This document shows, in pieces, positions 32,889-43,768 of a stretch of 64,000 bases of DNA; position 1 is the first letter of the stretch; each line of letters begins with the position of its first letter. This stretch comes from Nitrospirales bacterium (GTDB lineage: Bacteria > Nitrospirota > Nitrospiria > Nitrospirales > UBA8639). The position numbers and the translations under genes are program-made. The stretch is taken from positions 640,001-704,000 of the forward strand of contig CBDBCZ010000019.1 in NCBI GenBank assembly GCA_965203295.1, read 5' to 3'. The notes beneath the pieces are model-generated. The model was not told where the DNA came from. It did not search any database and saw nothing but the letters and a program-made list of their open reading frames with translations.

Positions 32889-33078
32889 CTCTGAGGTCTT
32901 TCCCAAAATAAAAAAGATGGTAAGATTTCTAGAGAAGGGTTATCAAATTTCTACTCTATGAGGGCGCTTTTCAAACTCATGGAGACACAGTACCATACGA
33001 GGGTGTTCGGGAAAGGAATTTCTGAGCAATATGATGAAGAGAAGGTAAATCCAACATTGGTGGTCTAGGGAGATATTC

Positions 33079-33678
33079 ATGATCAAAAAATCTACCGTAA
33101 AGAAAACAAGTGCGAGTTCAAAAAAGAAACCTGCAAAAAAGACCACGAAGAAACTTTCTTCAAAAACAACCACAACAAGGAAAAAGCCTGAATGTGCGGC
33201 GAAAGCCGTGGCCTTAAAAGTTGGACAAAAAGCCTCTTCGTTAACCCTTCTGACTGATGAGGGTAAAAAGGTCAGCTTATCCGATTTTAAAGGCAAACGT
33301 GTGGTGTTGTACTTCTACCCCAATGATGATACGCCCGGTTGTACCATAGAGGCTTGTGCCTTTCGCGATGGAATAAATGAGATCGAGGAAACTGGAGCAG
33401 TTGTCTTGGGGGTGAGCCCTGACTCGGTGGAATCTCACCGGAAATTCTCCCAAAAATATGAGTTAAATTTTCCTTTGCTTAGCGATACAGAAAAAAAAGG
33501 TGTCCAGTCCTATGGGGTATGGAAAGAAAAATCACTGTACGGAAGAAAATACATGGGAGTTGAACGTACCACGTTCATTATCGATGAACAGGGAAAAATT
33601 CGTGAGATTTTTCCAAAAGTCAAAGTGGACGGTCATTTAGAAGAGGTACTCGGAGAATTAGACTTAATGAGTTCTTAA
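33079..33678 (+). CDS. bcp: Peroxiredoxin BCP/PrxQ with a Lys-rich N-terminal extension
   Basis: YFYP.DDTPGCTIEAC motif. Confidence 0.9.
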   Translation: MIKKSTVKKTSASSKKKPAKKTTKKLSSKTTTTRKKPECAAKAVALKVGQKASSLTLLTDEGKKVSLSDFKGKRVVLYFYPNDDTPGCTIEACAFRDGINEIEETGAVVLGVSPDSVESHRKFSQKYELNFPLLSDTEKKGVQSYGVWKEKSLYGRKYMGVERTTFIIDEQGKIREIFPKVKVDGHLEEVLGELDLMSS

Positions 33679-33735
33679 GCTCTGATCAAGTCTGCATCTG
33701 TTCTTTTTCTTGTACTTTCCCAATCCGACAGTTTT

Positions 33736-34660
33736 TTAGGGGAACCGATCCTTCACCACTGGCTCGCCTCGACCAGTCCAATAACCAGCGTGCATCCGAG
33801 GGGTTGAATGGCGAATGGTAAATCGGCCGTCTGAAGACAGGACTAAAGCGCCGGCCTGACCTTGAACCTTGGTGGTCAGCTCTTGAAGCGCTGCACGAGA
33901 AACTACTGTGGGGCTAGTGCCCTTCCGTAGTTCCATCGCAATATGTTTAGCTAACGCCATTCGCATGATCGTTTCCCCTATCCCGGTCATGGAAACTCCT
34001 CCGCTCGTATCGTCAGCATAGATCCCACAGCCAATCAACGGTGAATCACCTACGCGTCCAGGTTGCATGCGGGGGACTCCTCCGGTCGATGCCCCGGCTG
34101 CGAGGTGACCCTTCCTGTCCAACACGACGGCACCTACTGTACCGTAGTGGAACCTTGATGATGGCTGAGGGGTCATACTGGATTTCGGGGATAGGGATGA
34201 GGCTTTCTTTTTGAGTGGAGACTTCCTTTGCGTCAAGGCATTGTCGGTTTCAAGGCGAAAGTGTCGAGCCAGTCGAGTCGCATGGACTCCGGCAATAAGA
34301 ACATGGGAAGTGTGTTCCATCACGACTCTTGCTGCAGTGATGGGGTGGAGGACTTTTTGGATATTGGCTACGCCGCCAGCATTGAGAAATTGTCCTTCCA
34401 TGAGAGCCGCATCCATTCGCTTGACGCCGTCAAGCTGGAGTCGAGATCCTCTTCCAGCATTAAACAAACCGGATTATTCCAAATGACGGATTATGACCTC
34501 CACAACATCAACGGCTGATTGGTTTTCGTGAAGAGTTTCATAAATCAAGAACGAGAGCATGGGTTAAACAGGTCTTCTGCGCCGCCGTCATAGGGCGAGC
34601 TCCGGCTCCCCCGTGAATGAGGATTATTCCTGAACGTGGAAATTTTTGACTCTTTGACGA
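33736..34660 (-). pseudogene. iaaA: Isoaspartyl peptidase/L-asparaginase with a frameshift and a nonsense codon in the 5' part (start approximate)
   Basis: ILIHGGAG near 34610 is out of frame with LE*SGLFNAG...GTVGAV...STGG...GRVGDSP. Confidence 0.85.
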
Positions 34661-34680
34661 TCGACTAGAGTCTGAATATG

Positions 34681-35247
34681 TCAATGGAGGAGGATATTTT
34701 TGATTTTGTGATAGGTAGGGTCCTGTAGGCGATCCAGGTTATGACGGACGAATCCCAAACCCGTGACGCAGAGTTCAAAATTCGTAGAGAGTTTTTGAAA
34801 CAGGGTGGGGGTCTCCTTACCTTCCCCTTGTTGGAATGTCGCGACAATGCTATAGGAACGCTTCCCGGCCTTCATGTAGTCCACGAGGAAATCTTTATGG
34901 TGAATCAATACCGAGACTTTGATATGTCGAAGATATTCAGGAAAGAGGCCAGCCATGAATAAGGTGAAATCGCCGATGTGACGGTGAACCTCTCGTTCCC
35001 GTTTAGATTCGGAAATCTCTTTGAGTGATTCTGCCTCGTACAACAACTCCACGATGGTTTCTACGGATTTCCCTTTTTCATTCTTAATCCGATGAAGATG
35101 GTCAATGTGCGAGAACTCGACGAGAAGGTTTGCAAGATAATCGGTGACTTTAAAATCTGGCCAGCCTATAGATTCAGCGAAACTCTGTTCTGTTAGAGTC
35201 CCAAAAAACTTTCGAAGTGGATGATGTTCCGAAATGTGAGTTTCCAC
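34681..35247 (-). CDS. Hypothetical protein
   Basis: 188-aa ORF with a GGAGG SD; RHIGDFTLF motif. Confidence 0.75.
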   Translation of the reverse strand: METHISEHHPLRKFFGTLTEQSFAESIGWPDFKVTDYLANLLVEFSHIDHLHRIKNEKGKSVETIVELLYEAESLKEISESKREREVHRHIGDFTLFMAGLFPEYLRHIKVSVLIHHKDFLVDYMKAGKRSYSIVATFQQGEGKETPTLFQKLSTNFELCVTGLGFVRHNLDRLQDPTYHKIKNILLH

Positions 35248-35337
35248 TCTCTTTCCTCCCTCGCTGAATTTTAGGAAATTCTGTGGAAAGAATTTTGGAG
35301 ATATTCTACAACATTTTCACTGTCCGATTGAACCACT

Positions 35338-35802
35338 TTAATGATATTTCATCTTTGTCTTTTTCTGACTATCGAGTATAAGGGTCACAGGCCCGTCATT
35401 CTGTAATGAAACAAGCATCAAAGCTGCAAAGCGACCCGTCTCAACAGGAAGGGCTTGGGATTGGAGCGCATAAACGAGCTCTGTATAAAGTACCAGAGCT
35501 CGATCTGGGGTAGCGGCTTCTTCAAAACCCGGTCGACGTCCTCTGTCTGTATTCCCCAGCAAGGTAAATTGAGAAACTACGAGGAGTGCCCCACCGATCT
35601 CGCGCAATGACAAATTCATTTTTCCGTCAGGGTCAGAGAAAATGCGGAGTGATGGAATCTTTTCTGCCATATAGGTGATGTCTTTGTCATCATCATTCTT
35701 AGCTGCGCCAACAAGGATAAGGAGGCCTTTACCGATCTGACCGACCACCACCTCGTCGACTGTTACGCTAGCCGAACTGACGCCCTGAACAACGGCTATC
35801 AC
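35338..35802 (-). CDS. dtd: D-aminoacyl-tRNA deacylase
   Basis: VSQFTL and NDGPVT motifs. Confidence 0.92.
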   Translation of the reverse strand: MIAVVQGVSSASVTVDEVVVGQIGKGLLILVGAAKNDDDKDITYMAEKIPSLRIFSDPDGKMNLSLREIGGALLVVSQFTLLGNTDRGRRPGFEEAATPDRALVLYTELVYALQSQALPVETGRFAALMLVSLQNDGPVTLILDSQKKTKMKYH

Positions 35803-35928
35803 GATTGTCTTCTCCGCTGTTTTTGCCTTCTGTCATGTTTTGGCATTTAGAGGGGTGAAGTCAAGTCTTTCGACATAAATTATGAGTGAGAAGCATTCAT
35901 TTGGAAAGTCCTCGTGGATCGTGAGGGA

Positions 35929-37542
35929 TCAGGTGGACACCCTTCGTGAGAATTTCTTTTGCGCCATCTTCCAATACACGTCTAATTCCTCTGATCGAAA
36001 CAGCGCATGAATGGCGAGATACCCAGTGACACTCAACCCGATTCCCACCAGCAACATGATTCCCTTTGCGATCCATTCATCTTCTCGTTCCCAAACAGCT
36101 AACTGGATAATCCAGAGACAGGATAACACGATGGGTATCGTGGCAATGCACGTTCTCGTGGCTGACCGAAGAAATTTTACCCAATTCATACCGCCTAAAC
36201 GCCGGTTGAGTATGATCACGAGGACTCCGATGTTCACCATGGCAGAGAGTGCGGTTGCCAATGCCAACCCTGCATGCTGAAAGGGCCCCATAAAGATAAA
36301 GGCTAAGACAATGTTTGCGCCCATGCTTCCCAATGCAGCAAGTGCTGGAGTTTTGGTGTCCTGCATCGAGTAAAACGCGGCGGCAATAATGCGTAACCCT
36401 GCGAATGCCCATAGGCCTACCGCATAGCCGAGCAACGCGTCTGCCGTTGCTGCTGTATCTTTGCCGAGAAACTCCCCATGTTCGAAAAAAAGGTGAATGA
36501 TTGGTTCTCGCAGCAGGATCAATCCAATCATAGCGGGAAGAATAATGAACCAAATCATCCGTAGCCCAAATTCCAGGGTTTCCCGCAGTTCGGTAAAAGC
36601 CCCGCGTGCGGCTTGGGCAGAGAGCGTTGGGAGAATTGCTGTTGCTAATGCCACCCCGAAAATCCCCAAAGGAAATTGGATCAATCGCATTCCATAAAAC
36701 AGGTATGTTGGGCCACCTTCGAAAAGTGAGGCCAGAATCGTACTGATGGTCAGGTTCACTTGTGTGACCGACATTCCCAACAGTGAAGGGACCATCAATG
36801 AGCCAATCCTCTTCATGCCTGGGTGGTTTGGTTGGAACCGCCATGAAAAAAGCAACCCTCTCCGGTGAATGCCTGGAAGTTGAATGAGGAATTGGAGGAA
36901 TCCGCCGACCACAAAGCCGATGGCCACTCCTGTCACGGGTTGATCGAGATAAGGAGTAAGAAGCAGGGCTGCGGTAATGACAGAGATATTAAAAAACACC
37001 GGTGCCAAGGCAGGTGCAGCAAAGGCTCGGATGGAATTGAGAATCCCCATGGCAAGGGCTGCTAGGCTGATAAAGAGTAAATAGGGGAACATGATTCGTG
37101 TGAGCAGGGTGGTGATGGCCATTTGGGCGGGATTGTCATGGAATCCCCAAGCCATGATCCACACAATGCCAGGGGCAGCTATGACCCCCAACATGGTCAC
37201 TCCGATGACGATGGTCAGGAGTGTGGTAAAAGCTGCGCTTGCCAGCTCCCAGGTTTCCTGTTTGTTCCGACGAGTATGGTACTCCGTAAAGACAGGAATA
37301 AAGGCTGAAGACATCGCTCCTTCAGCCACTAACTCTCGGAGAAGGTTCGGAATTCGAAAGGCCACAAACAGGGCATCGGCAGAAGCTGATGCCCCAAAGA
37401 GTCGGGCGAGGACCATGTCTCGAATAAATCCAAGGATTCGGCTGGAAAAAGTTGCTGCGCCAATGAGAGTAGCTGCTCCAGCAATGGAACGGCCATCTTC
37501 ATGTGCTGAGTGAGAAGAAGGAGATGTTGGGGGATTAGGCAT
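35929..37542 (-). CDS. murJ: Lipid II flippase MurJ/MviN
   Basis: SRILGFIRD, AFRIPNLLR..AEGA, RLIQFPLG. Confidence 0.93.
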   Translation of the reverse strand: MPNPPTSPSSHSAHEDGRSIAGAATLIGAATFSSRILGFIRDMVLARLFGASASADALFVAFRIPNLLRELVAEGAMSSAFIPVFTEYHTRRNKQETWELASAAFTTLLTIVIGVTMLGVIAAPGIVWIMAWGFHDNPAQMAITTLLTRIMFPYLLFISLAALAMGILNSIRAFAAPALAPVFFNISVITAALLLTPYLDQPVTGVAIGFVVGGFLQFLIQLPGIHRRGLLFSWRFQPNHPGMKRIGSLMVPSLLGMSVTQVNLTISTILASLFEGGPTYLFYGMRLIQFPLGIFGVALATAILPTLSAQAARGAFTELRETLEFGLRMIWFIILPAMIGLILLREPIIHLFFEHGEFLGKDTAATADALLGYAVGLWAFAGLRIIAAAFYSMQDTKTPALAALGSMGANIVLAFIFMGPFQHAGLALATALSAMVNIGVLVIILNRRLGGMNWVKFLRSATRTCIATIPIVLSCLWIIQLAVWEREDEWIAKGIMLLVGIGLSVTGYLAIHALFRSEELDVYWKMAQKKFSRRVST

Positions 37543-37675
37543 TCCGCGGGATTCTAGACGAAGGCGGTGTTGGAATCTAGGAACTTTTCTCAGGCGGAAT
37601 GAGATGCGGGAAATTCAATGCTTATTCGACAAAGCCGGGGTGTCTGGCCTCTTTGCCCTCAAAGGCAAGTGGTCT

Positions 37676-38602
37676 TCAGAGCCCTTTTCGATCCTCCCTT
37701 GGAATAGTCAGTTTGGCCTTAATGAATTCACTGTGGGGAAGGTTGAGCCCTTTGGCGATTGCGCGAATTTCTTCTATTTCTTGAGATGACGTGTTTTCGG
37801 CTGCGTTCGCTATGGTAAATAAACATTGGAGGAAGACCTTTCGCTCATCTATGGAGGCTAATTCGCAAAAACCTGTCGTCAGGCGCGTGAGATCTAATCC
37901 TTTCATGATACCCGTATGACTCAGATTGGTTACGATGATGGCCTCTTCTTCGGATAATCCCCATTGTTGCTGTAAGGTATGAGCGATGGTGGCTATTTCT
38001 CGATCACAAAACTCGTGATCAACCCAGGCCACTCTTGCCATCAAGCCTGCCGCGAGACAGATTTTTTTGATTTGGGGTTCAGGCAGATTGATAGTCTTAC
38101 CTTGGTTTTTCATTTCTGACACCAATTGGAAGTACACAGTATTTTTGATGTAGTCTTCCAGACGATCTTCCCGAGACAGATTCCCTTGGTAGTGGGAGAC
38201 TCGTTTTCTTAACGCGTGGCGTATCGGACCGGTAAAATGGGAGAGCAGACTGGGCCATTTTCGATCAATGTCCCCCCTGATGGTTTCAAGGAATGATCTC
38301 TCCGAGTTAGTCAGCACACCGTCTGCTGCGATCAATTTTTCGAGAGTTTCAAGGACAAATGTTTTATCAGCCGAAGATCGGATGTTCCCTAGCACACGTT
38401 CTAATAATTCTTGCCGTTCCTGGTCGCTGACCGGGGCGATCATATACATCTCTAAGTGCATCCATTCCTCTCCTGATATCTCAGGTAGTTGGAACAGAAG
38501 TTCCTTGAGGGCATTGATTTCTTCGAACTGTAATTGCCCACCAGCCCAGGCCGCACCGATCATCAGTTTTCCGAGATCGAGAATGAGTTCTTTGTTGGCC
38601 AT
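37676..38602 (-). CDS. TerB-family (tandem TerB-like domain) protein
   Basis: AADG/VAWVD...E motifs in two repeats. Confidence 0.7.
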   Translation of the reverse strand: MANKELILDLGKLMIGAAWAGGQLQFEEINALKELLFQLPEISGEEWMHLEMYMIAPVSDQERQELLERVLGNIRSSADKTFVLETLEKLIAADGVLTNSERSFLETIRGDIDRKWPSLLSHFTGPIRHALRKRVSHYQGNLSREDRLEDYIKNTVYFQLVSEMKNQGKTINLPEPQIKKICLAAGLMARVAWVDHEFCDREIATIAHTLQQQWGLSEEEAIIVTNLSHTGIMKGLDLTRLTTGFCELASIDERKVFLQCLFTIANAAENTSSQEIEEIRAIAKGLNLPHSEFIKAKLTIPREDRKGL

Positions 38603-38904
38603 CTATACTCCTTATAAGTCATAGGGAGAGGGTTACAGGTTCCTTGCGTTGACACATGCGAGAAACTTTCTATAGCATTTTCCCACATCGCCTGTCTTGT
38701 CGAAGGAATAACGGTTGAGATATCTTGTCGCGATGTCTCGAGATGCAAGAACCCGTTTCATATAGAGATGGGTAAGCGATATAGTACATCAATGATCCCT
38801 TTCTTTCCCTTCCAGGTACTAACGCGGGAGTTCTTCTAGCCTGCTAAGTCCCCTTTCAACAATGAATTTTTCTATCTCATGTTTGGGAGTTGTTTAACTT
38901 TGTT

Positions 38905-40449
38905 ATGAATCAGCCTTTGCCTTCTCCAATTCTCAATTGGTCACGTGCTTGTTTTTTTTTCACCGCGTTTACGGCCGGCGCCGTGGTCATGGCTCTTGAG
39001 ATTCTGGGGAGTCGGTTGTTAGCCCCCATATTTGGGAGTTCACTTTTTGTGTGGGGTGCGTTGATTGGCGTTATTTTGGCGGCCATGAGCACTGGGTATG
39101 CCACCGGTGGCTGGCTGGCAGATCGGCGATCTCCGGGAACTGTCTTAGCCTGTTTGCTGTTGGGTTCCGGAACCTGGACTCTCTTGTTAGCAGGGGCGGG
39201 ACAGCCCGTGGTGTTTACGGTTTCTCAATGGATTCATGATCCGCGTTGGGGACCCTGTTTAGCGGCTGGAGTCTTGTTGGCGGTCCCTGCATTTGGGTTA
39301 AGTGGAGTATTACCTGCACTCCTGCGGTTAGCCATTGCCGATATGGGACATCTCGGACGTCACACTGGGGGAATGATTGCGGTTTCAACCATTGGAAGTT
39401 TGATCGGGACATGGGGAACCTCCTTTTACCTTCTTACATGGCTTGGCAGTGTCACCGTTGTGGCTGTCCTGGGGGTCGTCCAGGTGATGTTCGGTGTATT
39501 GTGGTGGCGATGGGCCATCAAGGTGAGAACGCTTCATCTAGCACCTGTTGTGGGAGGATTCGTGCTCTTAGGGTGGTTTGCGTTTCACCCTATTACGGTC
39601 TTACCTCCGGGAGTGTACGCAGAGGATAGCCCCTATCAGCAGGTTCGTGTACGGGAGAACGATTTATTCCGATATTTGGTGCTGGATAACACATTTCATG
39701 CCATTATGTGGAAAGTTGACCCCGTGCAATTGGCTCTTCCCTATAGTCAAATGATGATGGCTGCCCTCAGTCTGCCTTCTGATATTCAACGGGGATTGAT
39801 CCTTGGACAAGGAGGGGGGTCACTCGCCAAATGGTTGGCTCGGTACTGGCCCTCGTTAGAACTCGACATCGTGGAAATGGATCCTTCTGTTGTCAAAGCT
39901 GCGGAGGATTTTTTTGACTATGATGCACCGTCGAACCATCATGTTTATGTGCAGGATGCCCGATCCTATTTACGCACGATCAAGGAAAAGTACGATATCA
40001 TTTGGGTCGATGTTTTTGCCCGACACCTGATTCCTTTTCATCTCACGACAAAAGAATTTTACATCGATTTGCGAGAGCATCTAAATCCCAAGGGGGTGTT
40101 GACTGTCAATTTGGCCTCTTCAACTGGTGAGCTGGATCAAAAACGGGCCGAAGCCATCGTGGCCACTATTAAAACGTCTTTTCCCCATTTAACTTCATTC
40201 AATGTCAAAGGACCTCCGTGGTTGCCTACTAAACCCGGATCGGCAAATCTGATCTTCTTTGCATCCATGGAACCGATAGATATTCAGTCAGTTGAGTTCC
40301 GAGAAAAAGTTCAGACATTGGTCCTCAAGGGGAAAATTCCGGCAGAAGTTCAGACTTTGTTGACGACTAGCCCCATAGAACATTGGAAACCGGGATTAAT
40401 TCTTACCGACGACTTTTCTCCTCTAGATATTTTACAAGGAAGCGGATAG
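38905..40449 (+). CDS. Fused membrane domain/spermidine-synthase-like methyltransferase
   Basis: VMALEILGSRLLAP.FG, LILGQGGG, ILTDDFSP. Confidence 0.85.
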   Translation: MNQPLPSPILNWSRACFFFTAFTAGAVVMALEILGSRLLAPIFGSSLFVWGALIGVILAAMSTGYATGGWLADRRSPGTVLACLLLGSGTWTLLLAGAGQPVVFTVSQWIHDPRWGPCLAAGVLLAVPAFGLSGVLPALLRLAIADMGHLGRHTGGMIAVSTIGSLIGTWGTSFYLLTWLGSVTVVAVLGVVQVMFGVLWWRWAIKVRTLHLAPVVGGFVLLGWFAFHPITVLPPGVYAEDSPYQQVRVRENDLFRYLVLDNTFHAIMWKVDPVQLALPYSQMMMAALSLPSDIQRGLILGQGGGSLAKWLARYWPSLELDIVEMDPSVVKAAEDFFDYDAPSNHHVYVQDARSYLRTIKEKYDIIWVDVFARHLIPFHLTTKEFYIDLREHLNPKGVLTVNLASSTGELDQKRAEAIVATIKTSFPHLTSFNVKGPPWLPTKPGSANLIFFASMEPIDIQSVEFREKVQTLVLKGKIPAEVQTLLTTSPIEHWKPGLILTDDFSPLDILQGSG

Positions 40450-40548
40450 CCTGACTGGTGTGAGGAGGGGGGAAGGGATGCCCCTGCTCACAGAAAAATG
40501 AGCCACACCCCTGCTGTCCACTTAAGATTGGCGAGTGGAAAGAGGATA

Positions 40549-40863
40549 TTATTGAGACTGGACCGGCCAGAATTTATAGCGGATTTGTGGAAGTTGCTTC
40601 CCGTCAAAGTTAGGAATGTCGTACAAACATCTGTCGATGATGGCGACTTCTTCATTCGTGAAGGAAAATATCTTAGACGTTTTCCAGAACTTATCTAAGA
40701 TAAAGTAGTCTCCACCTTGTGGTTTTTCCTCCAACGCTGCCTGCATCTCCTTAAACCCTCCAGTATCGACTCCAGCGATCCGGCCATTATTTTTGTCGAT
40801 GCACCACTTCAAGATCTCTGCGACTCCGTACATCGTCAATTCAATTTGTACTGTTTCTGACAT
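40549..40863 (-). CDS. Hypothetical protein (104 aa)
   Basis: ORF with a strong AGGAGG SD. Confidence 0.7.
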   Translation of the reverse strand: MSETVQIELTMYGVAEILKWCIDKNNGRIAGVDTGGFKEMQAALEEKPQGGDYFILDKFWKTSKIFSFTNEEVAIIDRCLYDIPNFDGKQLPQIRYKFWPVQSQ

Positions 40864-41131
40864 CTCTCCCTCCTGTTAATAACGTGCATTCTATACCATA
40901 TTTCTTCATGACTGTTCCAGTGCATATTTTCTTACTTAGTACAGGGGAAAAGGTGATTGGGATTACGGCTCTTCATGCTCCATAGAGTTTCTTTATGGAC
41001 TTGGTGGACATGCCTCCCTGAATGAGTTTTACATGAGTTATCAAAAACTCGTATACTCATTTTGCTCTTGTTTTGAGGTTCAATAAGGATCGGCTGTCCT
41101 CCACGGAGCAGGTGATAGGCTCCTGATCTCA

Positions 41132-42325
41132 TTGATAAAACCTCCGAAGTGGTGGTGTGTCATGGTTTTGTATGGTTTCCTGACGGTCCTTATTTTGTTT
41201 TCTGTCTTAACTGGGTGTTCCAGGGAAGAATCCTATGTCCCTCCAGATTTATTGTATTCTTTTGCCACGTACCCTGTTGGGAAAAATCCCACATCCATTC
41301 GGACCGGTGATTTTAATCAAGATAGTTTCACCGATCTCATAACCAGCAATATTTCGGCGAACTCCCTATCGGTGTTGTTTGGAAATGGAGACGGGAGTTT
41401 TCAGGCTCACGTTCCCATAAGGGTCTGTCAGGAACCTCGAAATATTGAAGTGAGGGATCTCAACCAAAATGGGTACCTTGATCTGGCTGTGGCGTGCTCT
41501 GGGAGCGACAAGGTTCTGATTTTACAAGGTCTGGGGAATGGAAGTTTTCAGAAGGTAGGGCAGTATCGAGTGAATCGCTCTCCGGTTTCAATTGCAAGTG
41601 GAGATTACAATGGGGATGACATCATCGACTTGGTTGTGGCTCTTCGCAATGACAAATTGCAGCTTTTGTTCGGTTTAGGAAATGGGAAATTTCGAATGGG
41701 GCCATTGTACCAACATGGTGATACCCCCACTTCGGTCGCCGCTGCTGATTTAAACCTTGATGGTAAATTAGATTTAGCTGTCACGAATGGTGGGCCAATG
41801 AGCAACGCTGTTTCTATCTGGCTGGGGCAAGGAGATGGAACATTTTTAACTCCCATCGAATATCGAACGGGAAAGCGGCCCCTCTCTGTGTCCACTGCGG
41901 ATTTTAATAATAATGGGATCCTGGATCTATTGGTGATTAATGGGCAAATGAATACCATTACGGTGTTTTTGGGAAATGGAGACGGGTCGTTCCAGGAAGG
42001 AAAAGACTCCGGGGGAGATGCAGGTCCGAACCATGGACTGGTTCAGGATATCAATGGGGATAAGATATCCGATGTGGCCATTGTCAACATTCAATCTGGA
42101 AGCCTTTCCGTTCTTTTTGGAAAGGGCGATGGGACTTTTCTCTACCCGCCTCGCCATTATCCTACACCGAGGGCTCCCTTTGCTCTCACCTCTTTGAGTA
42201 TCGCTCCTCATCGAGAGGAGGAGCCGGGATTAGCGATTGCAAATAATGGCGGAAACAGCGTCACGATTTTCTTACATCATGGCTTGAAACCCCGAGCAAT
42301 GGCCGATGCTTCTTCTGAAACCTAA
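41132..42325 (+). CDS. FG-GAP/VCBS repeat lipoprotein
   Basis: LTGC lipobox; repeated D.N.DG..DL and G.GDG.F units. Confidence 0.88.
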   Translation: MIKPPKWWCVMVLYGFLTVLILFSVLTGCSREESYVPPDLLYSFATYPVGKNPTSIRTGDFNQDSFTDLITSNISANSLSVLFGNGDGSFQAHVPIRVCQEPRNIEVRDLNQNGYLDLAVACSGSDKVLILQGLGNGSFQKVGQYRVNRSPVSIASGDYNGDDIIDLVVALRNDKLQLLFGLGNGKFRMGPLYQHGDTPTSVAAADLNLDGKLDLAVTNGGPMSNAVSIWLGQGDGTFLTPIEYRTGKRPLSVSTADFNNNGILDLLVINGQMNTITVFLGNGDGSFQEGKDSGGDAGPNHGLVQDINGDKISDVAIVNIQSGSLSVLFGKGDGTFLYPPRHYPTPRAPFALTSLSIAPHREEEPGLAIANNGGNSVTIFLHHGLKPRAMADASSET

Positions 42326-42343
42326 GCCCATCTTCGTAAATTC

Positions 42344-42373
42344 TTGACACTGGAAATAGGCACTCGCTAGAGT
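42344..42373 (+). promoter_or_regulatory. Putative sigma70 promoter TTGACA-N18-TAGAGT
   Basis: Near-consensus hexamers in an intergenic region. Confidence 0.5.
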
Positions 42374-42439
42374 GGAGTTAATGTTTTTGGACTGATTAGA
42401 CCCAGGTCTAGGCAGTTCACAGTCGAGAAAAATAAGAGC

Positions 42440-42640
42440 GTGCGTACCTTCATCTAGTGGTTTGGCATGGGCTCCCTCACCACACTGGCAGTACTCATGG
42501 TTCAGGGGGGGATCAGAGACCTGTTATACAGGTCTTCTCATGCCAGCACAACCGAAGGTATCCTCTCCATGGGCCTTACTGTCTTAGGTGGAGGGCTTTT
42601 AGCCGCATGCATTGCAGTCATTCTCACGCGACTCCGTTAA
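42440..42640 (+). pseudogene. Small two-TM membrane protein with TAG at codon 6 (or an intact 57-aa ORF from ATG 42467)
   Basis: VRTFI*WFGMGSLTTLAVLMVQGG...LTVLGGGLLAACIAVILTRLR*. Confidence 0.45.
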
Positions 42641-42775
42641 TTCCTGTTGCTTGTGGATCATGTGAAAGGCAGAGCAGCTGTGGATTATCGCAGAAAAGTG
42701 CGTGTGTTCAATCAGGTTCGGTTTCTGGTTTCGATACTGATCAAAGCATTAAGGAATTGGTGGGAACATTCGAAA

Positions 42776-42958
42776 GTGAAGTGCCTCAGGTGCAAAGGGA
42801 CCATGATGATCGAACGGCATTACACCCAGCTCAGTCGGCGGTTGTATGCACGGTGCTTGAATTGCGGATTTTGGTTTGATCTTGCTGATGTCCTCCGATT
42901 TTTCCACCGCGTTGTTGAAAATGGCTACCGCGGAGCCAAAATTCGCGAAACGCTGTAA
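42776..42958 (+). CDS. Small zinc-ribbon protein (CxxC...CxxC)
   Basis: MKCLRCKGTM...RCLNCG from GTG 42776. Confidence 0.65.
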   Translation: MKCLRCKGTMMIERHYTQLSRRLYARCLNCGFWFDLADVLRFFHRVVENGYRGAKIRETL

Positions 42959-43123
42959 GCTGAGCCTTAAAACCCCAGATAAGCCTACCTTCTGAGTGAT
43001 CGAAAAACTAATCTCTTTCCTTACAGCCTGTTAAGCACGTCTCACAGGGGGCTCCCTTTTTCGGCGAGACTCATCCGCCGTCGTCGCCTATTCGACTACG
43101 AAGGCCAGAAGCGAAGCCTCGAC

Positions 43124-43729
43124 CTAGGCGAGATCCTTAAGAGTCGCACGAATAAGGTCCGCAAGTGAGAGACTCCCCTGGCGTTTATGCACGTTATTTC
43201 TTACAGCCTCTTTGACCTCCAAGGGACGATATCCCAAATTCACCAGGGCTGAGACCGCGTCCTCCTCCAATTGGATTCTGGAATGTGTGGAGGGTGAAGG
43301 CTGAGAAGATTGATCAGGAATCATCAACGGAGCAATCTTGTCCTTCAATTCGAGCACAATCCGCCCTGCCGACTTTTTCCCAATTCCTGGAACCGTAGCG
43401 AGAGCTTGGGTGTCATTTGATTGAATGGCTGAAACCAGATCTTCAATGGGTAACGTTGAAAGGGTGCTTAATGCCAGCTTTCCCCCCAAACCGGGAATAC
43501 CAGTCAGCATGACGAAAACTTCTTTTTCCTGGAGAGTTAAAAACCCAAAGAGCTGAAGAGCATTGTCACGAAGGTGGGTAAAAATATGGAGAGAGAGAGA
43601 CTCTTGAAGGTTGGGCAGAGCAAAGTACGTATTGAGGGGTATGAATACCTCGTATCCGACACCATGCACATCAAGCACAACGTGAGAGGGCGCCTTTGAG
43701 ACCAATTGGCCCGTAAGCGCAGCAATCAT
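43124..43729 (-). CDS. ruvA: Holliday junction branch migration protein RuvA
   Basis: VHGVGYEV, VPGIGKKSA.RIVLELKDK, ALVNLGY. Confidence 0.93.
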   Translation of the reverse strand: MIAALTGQLVSKAPSHVVLDVHGVGYEVFIPLNTYFALPNLQESLSLHIFTHLRDNALQLFGFLTLQEKEVFVMLTGIPGLGGKLALSTLSTLPIEDLVSAIQSNDTQALATVPGIGKKSAGRIVLELKDKIAPLMIPDQSSQPSPSTHSRIQLEEDAVSALVNLGYRPLEVKEAVRNNVHKRQGSLSLADLIRATLKDLA

Positions 43730-43768
43730 GAGGTAAGAGAGGCAAGAATGGAAAAAGGGTTAAGAGGT

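Noticed and set aside
36077..36844. 255-aa alternative-frame ORF inside murJ, and similar shadow ORFs such as 45813-46223 opposite tnpA
   Set aside because: Fully overlapped by well-supported genes, with no recognisable motifs.
42444..42560. Structured ncRNA or riboswitch (nested helices, faint TPP-like words on the minus strand)
   Set aside because: Core riboswitch motifs are missing, and the stretch reads as a plausible small membrane-protein frame.
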